From a virus (taxonomy: Duplodnaviria > Caudoviricetes), in IMG/VR virus record IMGVR_UViG_3300032327_000792: a stretch of 64,000 nucleotides of DNA; one strand, written 5' to 3'. This document shows positions 57,147 through 64,000 of the stretch, in pieces. The position numbers were made by a program, and so were the translations under genes. How positions within the stretch are numbered: position 1 is the first letter of the stretch; every line of letters starts with the position of its first letter. Below the pieces are notes generated by a model, which did not search any database, was not told the origin of the DNA, and worked only from the letters and a program-made list of their open reading frames with translations.

Positions 57147-58151
57147 TTACAAGAATCGCACGTCTATGACATCACCAACCGCGGGTGCTTCGTTGAAAGT
57201 GAGGATATTGTTGCCTACTCCGGACACAACATATGATGCAGTAGGTAACTGCACAATACCGTTGAGCATGACCAAAGTTGCTCCGGTGGTGGATTTGCGT
57301 GCCAGTGTAAAAGCAACAGTGCTTCCGTCACCGTTGAATGTTTCATTGGTAACTCCGCCAGCAACTACATCCCATTCGGTGCCATCATAATATTCAATTC
57401 TGGTATAATCTGTGTTGAATCTCAGTGTGCCAGTGGTGCCCGGTGATGGACGTTGAACAGTGTTGCCAACCGGTAGTACTAGCCCCGTGGTTGTGTCAAT
57501 GATCACTACTCCATTACCAGTGGGTTCAATCGTGATATTGCCTATTGTTCCATCTGTGGTTATTGTGGTATTGGCAATTTGTAAATTACCAATATTGACG
57601 TTTCCGGGTTGATTTGTTACTCCTAACGCACCCACATATTCATAGCCAGAAACGTAAACCACATTTCCTGCGGTCAACACTGTGGGAATGGTTTCGCCAA
57701 TGAAGTTCAGTACCCCGGCCTGTGTGTCAAAATGATATGCACCAATACCGCCGATACCTGCAGAAAATATCTGTGTACCTGTTGCTTGTATGTTAGCGGC
57801 CGCAGCTGGGCCAACATACACTTTTGGCAACCAAGTGGATCCAAATTGTTGTGGAATCCAATAAGTTACATTGGACAGCCAAGTAGGGCGAATCCCGCCA
57901 ATGAGTGGAACTGTAGTATCTGCCACACACTGTACTGAATTACTGTTTATTCGAGCGTTTGAAATTCCTGGCACAGCTTGAGCCGTTGCGGGTATTTGAT
58001 TACTTTCCATCCAAATAATGTCACCGCGCAGGAATGCCGGCGATGCTATACTTTCGTTTGACGCACTTTTAGTTGCGGCATTGGCTGTTTTTGCAACACC
58101 TTGCAGTTCTTTAAACAGTAGGTCAACGTATTGTGCAATTGATACTGACAT
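57147..58151 (-). CDS. structural protein (baseplate/fibre-associated)
   Basis: C-terminal PVGNT.QRP...RFNT and FNGDGST..FTL...NG..Q.P...Y...F.EAP..GD.IDVR modules. Confidence 0.7.
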   Translation of the reverse strand: MSVSIAQYVDLLFKELQGVAKTANAATKSASNESIASPAFLRGDIIWMESNQIPATAQAVPGISNARINSNSVQCVADTTVPLIGGIRPTWLSNVTYWIPQQFGSTWLPKVYVGPAAAANIQATGTQIFSAGIGGIGAYHFDTQAGVLNFIGETIPTVLTAGNVVYVSGYEYVGALGVTNQPGNVNIGNLQIANTTITTDGTIGNITIEPTGNGVVIIDTTTGLVLPVGNTVQRPSPGTTGTLRFNTDYTRIEYYDGTEWDVVAGGVTNETFNGDGSTVAFTLARKSTTGATLVMLNGIVQLPTASYVVSGVGNNILTFNEAPAVGDVIDVRFL

Positions 58152-60094
58152 TATGTACTCGGATTCATTGATAAGCCAGTCACTGATTGGCCGGACGTAA
58201 GAGCTATTCTTACATAAATTTCGTTTGTTGCTGTGCTAGAACTTGAAACTGTACCAAAAGTACACGTTTTGTTTGTACTTGCTGTGAACACATTGGGTAT
58301 CACGGCACCGCCAAGACTACAGCCATCAGATCCATTTCCGGGTGCATTGACTCCCGGATAGCCTGCTCCGTTGTAGGCTGCAGTCATATCCATCCATCCA
58401 TTGGCTCCAGAACTGGAATCAATTACTGATCCGGGTAGTGCTACCCACATACCGGCCACATTGCCAGCATAGGTAATGTTAAATTTTGATACGTCGGATC
58501 TCACAAACTTGATAGTAAAATATTGTGTGCCTGATCGACCGGCGCTGAGATTGGGTCCTGCAGGAAGATAGCCAGTGGCATAGTTGGTTTGATCATGCTT
58601 GAGTATACCCTGTACTCCGCTGCCAACTACTGTGGCATCATAGATTTGTAGTGTGCCGGACTGACTGTTAAAAGCAGTTGCGTTAGCAGTATAGGGCGGA
58701 GTATTTCCTGAGCCAGGATTTACAATACGTATGGCATTTCCACTTCCGGTACCCACACCGGTTACCACAATGTTGCCTTCATCAATGGCAGTTGCGTTGC
58801 CTGATTTGTACAGCACAATGTTGGCAAGAGCCGTGGTCAAGGTCAAGGTGCCTGTGGCGTAACTGTTGTTGACACTGAGTTGTGGCCCGGTGGCACTGGC
58901 ACCAAAACCAGTGGTCACTGCGGCTGTGGTAGTAAAGCTGGCTGACTGAAAAGCATTTAGGGTGTTACTGCCAATGTTTGAAGCATTGTAGTTCACACTG
59001 GCCGGTGCTGCGAAACTTCCGCCCGATGTACCACTGGCCAACACATTTGATGTTGGGTAAGTGTTGCCGGACACATTGGCCACTGTGGTGCCAATGGCAA
59101 ATTGATTGACACTGGTATAATGAGGAATTGTACTGGAGTACAATAATGTTGTTGACCCGGGTGGAGTCATTGTGGTACTGGTAAAACTTGGTGTGCTGGG
59201 ACTGCTGTTGTCGTAGTACCAAACAGGTGTGTTGGTATTGCCTGTGGCTGAGTCAGCAATGTAAAGTTCGTTCCACCCAGCCGGAGCAGAGACTCCTGAC
59301 ACAGAAGCAGAAAACACATACCAAAAACCCGCGGCAATGTTGGCATTGGCTGAATTGTAATCAAAGTTGTTGGTTACAACCAAATTGCCACCATAGGTAC
59401 CATTGGCACTGGGATTGGCATTGGTGTTTAGTGTAACGTTGCCAACGTTGGCGCCATTGCGCACAGCAGTGATTGTGCCAGAGTCTCCCGGACCCACTGT
59501 GCTGACAGTGTTTGTGGAATATGTGGCGGCTCGACGAACCGACGTTACTGTAGCTCCGGCTGCAACAGATTTGTTTGCACCCGGAGTATTGTCTGTTTGA
59601 ACAATGTTGGCCATTCTGTAGCTAGCAAGGCTGGCAATTGAAAGAGTCTGACCGCCGGGAAAATTGCTGGGACTCTGCGGAACTAGTTTTCCCAACACTG
59701 TGTTGATTTGAACCATACCGTCTGTGATGTAGGTATTGGCAGTGAGAGTGACTGCATTGCTGATCAAGTTTCCGGCACTGGGTGTACCTAGTATAATGGC
59801 ATTACCTATTACACTGCCGCCAACGTTGCCCACTGCTTGATCTACATAAAATTTAGTAGTGGCATCTGAGTTGGCCACTGGTTGAGCCAAGTTGTTGATA
59901 TTGACATTGCCAGCACTGATATTGCCAATGTTGGAAATAGTCACATTGCCAACTTTGACAACACCAGCTACTTCAAAAGCCGATGATGGCGTTGCTGTGT
60001 TGATACCCACATTGGCGTTGGCAAAGGAAATATTGACGCCACCTCTTTCGAGTACGTCTTTTAACATTTGACCTGCAACGCGACTTATTGCCAT
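58151..60094 (-). CDS. structural protein (647 aa)
   Basis: G/S/T/N-rich; INNLAQPVANSDATTKFYVD fibre-neck motif; TAAATA upstream. Confidence 0.7.
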   Translation of the reverse strand: MAISRVAGQMLKDVLERGGVNISFANANVGINTATPSSAFEVAGVVKVGNVTISNIGNISAGNVNINNLAQPVANSDATTKFYVDQAVGNVGGSVIGNAIILGTPSAGNLISNAVTLTANTYITDGMVQINTVLGKLVPQSPSNFPGGQTLSIASLASYRMANIVQTDNTPGANKSVAAGATVTSVRRAATYSTNTVSTVGPGDSGTITAVRNGANVGNVTLNTNANPSANGTYGGNLVVTNNFDYNSANANIAAGFWYVFSASVSGVSAPAGWNELYIADSATGNTNTPVWYYDNSSPSTPSFTSTTMTPPGSTTLLYSSTIPHYTSVNQFAIGTTVANVSGNTYPTSNVLASGTSGGSFAAPASVNYNASNIGSNTLNAFQSASFTTTAAVTTGFGASATGPQLSVNNSYATGTLTLTTALANIVLYKSGNATAIDEGNIVVTGVGTGSGNAIRIVNPGSGNTPPYTANATAFNSQSGTLQIYDATVVGSGVQGILKHDQTNYATGYLPAGPNLSAGRSGTQYFTIKFVRSDVSKFNITYAGNVAGMWVALPGSVIDSSSGANGWMDMTAAYNGAGYPGVNAPGNGSDGCSLGGAVIPNVFTASTNKTCTFGTVSSSSTATNEIYVRIALTSGQSVTGLSMNPST

Positions 60095-60125
60095 AGATTA
60101 TCCTAGTGATAGGGTATTTAGTTGA

Positions 60126-60521
60126 TTAATTTTGGGTTTGAATGATGTTGATCGGTATGCCTGCCGCAGGAGCACTGGTAAACGTCAATGTAAAACTGCT
60201 GACTGTGTAGGCCACTGTGGGTTCTTGATAGATTGATCCCACAAACACAATCAACTGTGTGGGATCTGAGTATTCGTAATCCAAGGTAAAGGCCACAGTT
60301 GAACCGTTGCCAGTGGCTGTGATTACATCATAGCTTACAACTCCGCCTACACCCATATTTTGAAATATTGTGCCGTTGAAAAATTCGCAGAATCCGGTGT
60401 CGGTGTTGAATCGTATCAGGCCAAACGTTGGGTAATCTGGTCGTTGTGCTGTTGATCCTGTGGGTATTACCACACCAGTGCTGCCACTCTGCAACTGACG
60501 ATTTTTTACAAAATAGCCCAT
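60126..60521 (-). CDS. small structural protein built from shared modules
   Basis: PTGSTAQRP...IRFNT, GNGSTVAFTL, LTFTSAP. Confidence 0.7.
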   Translation of the reverse strand: MGYFVKNRQLQSGSTGVVIPTGSTAQRPDYPTFGLIRFNTDTGFCEFFNGTIFQNMGVGGVVSYDVITATGNGSTVAFTLDYEYSDPTQLIVFVGSIYQEPTVAYTVSSFTLTFTSAPAAGIPINIIQTQN

Positions 60522-60835
60522 TAAATTGTTGTGAAGCTGACCACAGTGGTAACTGAATTATTCACATTGGCATTGGCCTGCAATGTGTCCCCGTTGGACA
60601 ACAACAGTTTTTCCCCACCAACATACAACTGATAGGTGTCACCGGGTGTGATCTCTAAATTTTTAATGATCACATTAAGGTTGCCCACTGCGTTACCGTT
60701 GGGTACCACGTACACATTGGCCGTGATGTTGCCTGTGGAATAATTACACAGACTTGCAAATGTGATAGCTGTATTTCCTGTGCTGGTATACACTGCAGAG
60801 GCTGCTGTGGTTACGTTTGCTACTTGAATCGTCAT
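60521..60835 (-). CDS. small structural protein
   Basis: Beta-rich 104-aa ORF coupled to its neighbours; AGGA RBS. Confidence 0.65.
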   Translation of the reverse strand: MTIQVANVTTAASAVYTSTGNTAITFASLCNYSTGNITANVYVVPNGNAVGNLNVIIKNLEITPGDTYQLYVGGEKLLLSNGDTLQANANVNNSVTTVVSFTTI

Positions 60836-60844
60836 GATTTTTCC

Positions 60845-61447
60845 TTAAAATATAATGCTAAAAACTATGGCCGCGCTTTTGCTGACCAATTCATCTGCAG
60901 CAGCCGAACTGGTAAAATACAGACCTGTGCCTCCAGATCCAACTGCGTTGCTGTAAATAGCCACACTGTTGGCCACATTGTTTGGTTTGGGCTGATTGCC
61001 CAGTACTTGATGTCCGTTCAAAATCACTCGATTGTTGGCAATGTCAAACTCAAAATTGTTGCTGGCAGTAAATCCACCAGAGCCGTTGTTGATCTGAATG
61101 TCGTTGACGTTTCCTCCAGGAATACCTGTGCCTCCTGAAGCCAAATTTGCATAGGCCGCAATTGGTGTACCATCTTGATTTACACTGGAGCTGATTTGCC
61201 AGGCACTGGCCACGGTATCAAATCTCAGTCCTGCATAGGTGTTGACAGTTTTTTGAGCCACAATGCCCATGTCTGTTACAGTACCAGTGTTGTTGGCAGC
61301 CACAATAATAAAAGCATCATCCACCGCCAACTCACTGACAGTGGTAACATTGCCAGTGATATCTACACTGCCGTTGATGTAGACTGTTCCGGTGCCGCCA
61401 TCAACGTCGATGTACCAGTCTGAGCTGAGATTTTTGTAACTTGCCAT
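60845..61447 (-). CDS. structural protein
   Basis: ATAAATA and AAGGA upstream; G/N/V/T-rich; PGG.VNDIQIN module. Confidence 0.65.
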   Translation of the reverse strand: MASYKNLSSDWYIDVDGGTGTVYINGSVDITGNVTTVSELAVDDAFIIVAANNTGTVTDMGIVAQKTVNTYAGLRFDTVASAWQISSSVNQDGTPIAAYANLASGGTGIPGGNVNDIQINNGSGGFTASNNFEFDIANNRVILNGHQVLGNQPKPNNVANSVAIYSNAVGSGGTGLYFTSSAAADELVSKSAAIVFSIIF

Positions 61448-62032
61448 TTAAAGATCCTTTTGATTATTTATGCGGTCCAAGAAAGTGTGCATGGGCAAAT
61501 GCACAAGGTTTTTGATAGTGGCAAATTCCGCTATGTCCGCTGTGGTTTTGCCTTGCACTCGCACAAACTGTGTTTGGGGAAAATCTTCACAAATTCGACG
61601 TATTTGTTTGGTCCAGTTGCCGGTGAACACCGGGGTTGCATCAGACTTTCTGTAAAAGTCGGTGTCAGCATATACGTTGTTGAATCGATTGTTCACTGGA
61701 CCCATGTCAAACCCAATCATGTAGATTACACGATGTTGATCTATGGCTGCTATGCCTGTGGCCAACGGACCGGAACTGTAGCCGTAGTATTCGTGTGGAA
61801 CTTTTAATGCACCTTGATTTTCCGTGGGTTTTCGTGTGTAAAATTTGTTGTTGATAGCATATCCAGAATTTTGTATTTCTGCGGAAATAGGGCGATCTGT
61901 GGCAACCAATACATCGGGCACAAAATCTCTATACAAAGCATTACACCCATAAATTTTTCCAAGCGGGCGCAACAGTGCCAAATCAACTGCTTGCCTGCTC
62001 ACTCCGTTGCCTAGTACAAATGCTGTGGTCAT
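61448..62032 (-). CDS. Maf/GT42/MptE-like GNGxS-motif protein (putative glycosyltransferase)
   Basis: AFVLGNGVSR, IYGCNALYR, LVATD, SSG..A..IA....IYMIGFD. Confidence 0.5.
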   Translation of the reverse strand: MTTAFVLGNGVSRQAVDLALLRPLGKIYGCNALYRDFVPDVLVATDRPISAEIQNSGYAINNKFYTRKPTENQGALKVPHEYYGYSSGPLATGIAAIDQHRVIYMIGFDMGPVNNRFNNVYADTDFYRKSDATPVFTGNWTKQIRRICEDFPQTQFVRVQGKTTADIAEFATIKNLVHLPMHTFLDRINNQKDL

Positions 62033-62064
62033 AAAAAATCCCCACAGTACTTATTGTGGGGATT
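62033..62064 (-). terminator. terminator whose loop holds a late-promoter-like ATAAGTA
   Basis: AATCCCCACA-ATAAGTAC-TGTGGGGATT stem plus T run ending at the next ATG. Confidence 0.7.
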
Positions 62065-62080
62065 GTTTGGTTGGTCAAAA

Positions 62081-62839
62081 TTAGCTGTTGTAGTTTTCTA
62101 CAATTGCTAGATCTAAGTTACCATTGGCCAATTGCTCTGAACCGTTGGTGCCCCATGTGTCTGTTTCGGCACCAGACTTGACAGTTGTACCTTCGTCACT
62201 GAAGAAGTTGGCTGCAAATGCCACGTTGTCAACTGTGTCTGTTGCTGCCCATACATCACCTGTGTCTGCATTGCCACCCACAGCACCACCAGCAAAGTTT
62301 TGCAAGAACTTGTTGGTCAACTTGCTGATTGCTGTTTCTGTTGAGTCATTGCTGAAGTAACTGATACTCATGTTGCCAGCTGTTGGCGTCAAGTCACTGG
62401 TCAATACACACTGACCCACTGCGTTCACACGACCTGTTCCTGTGTTGGCCAATGCTGCTGTGGCAGTAAACACATCGCCTGCTGCTACATCACTACCGGC
62501 ACCATAAGTTGCCCAGTTTGTGTCACCAACCACAGTGACACGATAAGCTGATCCTGCGACCAATGCTGTACGAGCTGTGATTCCGCCCACTAGATACTTG
62601 TGTGAGCCTTTTTGACGGATAATATAACCATCTTCTTCGGCAAAGCCAGTGATGAACACACGGCATTTGACTGTGGGATATGTGGCTGTGTCCACTGTGT
62701 TTGAACCACCAACAACACCAAGATATTCTGTGTTGTTGTCAAACACTGGTGATGGTAATACTGGAGCTGTTAGCCCGGCTAATGCATTGAAACCAATGTC
62801 ACTGGTTGTAGATTTTTTGATTTTTAGAGGACGACCCAT
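62081..62839 (-). CDS. hypothetical virion protein (MGRPLKIKK... family)
   Basis: Late motif, structured leader and AAGGAG RBS; YIIRQKGSHKYLV motif. Confidence 0.7.
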   Translation of the reverse strand: MGRPLKIKKSTTSDIGFNALAGLTAPVLPSPVFDNNTEYLGVVGGSNTVDTATYPTVKCRVFITGFAEEDGYIIRQKGSHKYLVGGITARTALVAGSAYRVTVVGDTNWATYGAGSDVAAGDVFTATAALANTGTGRVNAVGQCVLTSDLTPTAGNMSISYFSNDSTETAISKLTNKFLQNFAGGAVGGNADTGDVWAATDTVDNVAFAANFFSDEGTTVKSGAETDTWGTNGSEQLANGNLDLAIVENYNS

Positions 62840-62866
62840 TTTGTTTTCTCCTTAAAGAAGTCCGAT

Positions 62867-62923
62867 CCGGGTTCTAGCCGGTACGCAGGGGTTCGAAGCC
62901 TGCATAAAACGCCGAATTGCGTT
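62867..62923 (-). ncRNA. candidate cis-regulatory structured 5' leader (three abutting hairpins)
   Basis: AACGC/GCGTT, TATGCAGG/CCTGCGTA and CCGG/CCGG stems between ATAAATA (about 62935) and the RBS. Confidence 0.5.
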
Positions 62924-62982
62924 GACAAGTATTTATGGTTGGACAAATATTTTAGTCAGTTAGGTGTTAATTAAATAAAGTT

Positions 62983-64000
62983 ATGAGTACCAAATTAGAA
63001 CTAGAGCACTTGATCAATCAAGGCAACACAGCCAGAGCCGAAAACAATCCAGAGTTGGCGTTGAGATGCTACGCTCAAGTCATGATTGAAGACCGTGGCC
63101 ATGCTGGAGCATTTTGCAACTACGGCAATGTGTTGCGCGAGTGTGGAGATCCCCAGGGTGGCATACCATTTTTACAACGAAGCATACAGTTGGATCCCAC
63201 TAACTCAATAACACAGTTTAACTTGGCTGTGGCCTATTTGTTGGCCGGAGACTATGAGCGTGGTTGGGCACAGTATGAACATCGATGGAATTTTGAACAC
63301 CTGGCCGGTGCACTGCCCCAATTTGAACAACCACGCTGGACTGGTCAAAACATACAGGGCAAAACAGTGTTGATTGTTGGTGAACAAGGTCACGGCGACA
63401 ACATACAATTTGTGAGATTTGTGGGCGACGTTGCGGCTCGCGGAGCAAAGGTTGTGCTAGTGGTTGATCCTGCATTGATACCACTGTTCCGAATTGCGGC
63501 CATCTCCGACATTGTGGCATTTAATCAACCGTTGCCGCCTTTTGATTACTGGACTCCAATCATGAGTATTCCCGGCATCATTGGATCAACCTTGCAAAAT
63601 CTTGCACTGGTACCTTGTTATCTCGGCGCTGATCCTGAACTGCAACAGGCCTGGCTGACCAAACTGGGTCCAAAAACACGATTGCGTGTGGGATTCTGTT
63701 GGTCGGGTCGTAGAGACACCTGGATCAATCGTCACAAAGGCATGCCGTTTGACACCATGTTGGCCTTGATCCAACAGAATCCCACGTATGAATGGATCAA
63801 CTTACAGTGCGACTGCACTGCAGAGGAAGAATTGGCATTGGTTCGGGCCGGAGTACGGGCTTATCCGGGCAGTATCAAAAACTTTGCTGACACAGCAGCC
63901 TTGATGATGAACACGGATGTGATATTGGCAGTGGACACTGCTGTGGCACACTTGGCTGGGGCCTTGGGTAGACCCACCGGTGTTATGCTGAGTCAGTTTG
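62983..64000 (+). CDS. TPR-repeat + GT9-like (GT-B) glycosyltransferase, truncated at the window end; absent from the ORF track
   Basis: Manual translation: MSTKLELEHL...TPRs...GWAQYEHRW...EQGHGDNIQFVRF...VGFCWSG...FADTAALM...D.I.AVDTAVAHLAGALG.P. Confidence 0.85.
   Translation, partial: MSTKLELEHLINQGNTARAENNPELALRCYAQVMIEDRGHAGAFCNYGNVLRECGDPQGGIPFLQRSIQLDPTNSITQFNLAVAYLLAGDYERGWAQYEHRWNFEHLAGALPQFEQPRWTGQNIQGKTVLIVGEQGHGDNIQFVRFVGDVAARGAKVVLVVDPALIPLFRIAAISDIVAFNQPLPPFDYWTPIMSIPGIIGSTLQNLALVPCYLGADPELQQAWLTKLGPKTRLRVGFCWSGRRDTWINRHKGMPFDTMLALIQQNPTYEWINLQCDCTAEEELALVRAGVRAYPGSIKNFADTAALMMNTDVILAVDTAVAHLAGALGRPTGVMLSQF

Noticed and set aside
62860-62910. tRNA gene (GGTTCGAA T-loop-like motif)
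   Set aside because: No acceptor stem, D-arm or CCA can be formed; kept only as a structured leader
1-64000. Stop-codon reassignment as seen in some jumbo phages
   Set aside because: Core genes are full length in code 11, and TAA, TAG and TGA all end genes at coupled junctions
1-64000. CRISPR array, rRNA, integrase or IS element
   Set aside because: No regularly spaced non-coding direct repeats, rRNA-like sequence or recombinase/transposase motifs were seen

Overview
The window is a 64-kb segment of a large T4-like (myovirus or jumbo-type) phage genome in the standard genetic code, almost fully coding and mostly on the minus strand. In order it holds: a truncated UvsW helicase and a small sigma70-driven early island with an AAA ATPase; an 11-gene glycosyl/methyltransferase island (4.4-12 kb) in head-to-head pairs behind TAAATA late-promoter motifs; a tightly coupled ~10-kb operon (22.07 to 12.0 kb) in which gp32, uvsX and uvsY are interleaved with four radical SAM enzymes, an SDR, sulfotransferase-like, SGNH-like and methyltransferase genes; then terminase, a signal-peptide nuclease, a block of probable protease-processed internal head proteins with T4-like capsid-targeting N-termini, a GIY-YIG homing endonuclease, gp16-like, gp4, tube, sheath and neck genes, a dNMP kinase, an exonuclease and a NUDIX hydrolase; and a ~12-kb block of Gly/Ser/Thr/Asn-rich fibre-like genes bracketed by two Maf/GT42-like genes and followed by a TPR-GT9-like glycosyltransferase. 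The best candidate for an undescribed system is a phage-encoded virion (fibre) glycosylation and glycan-tailoring pathway. This is an inference from motifs, gene context and promoter class, not a demonstrated function. Other notable signals are pervasive leaderless starts, a T4-style RBS-occluding hairpin at gp13, and a compact three-hairpin 5' leader at 62.87-62.92 kb. No tRNA, rRNA, CRISPR array, intein or reverse transcriptase was found. All family assignments come from motif recognition by eye; no database searches were run.
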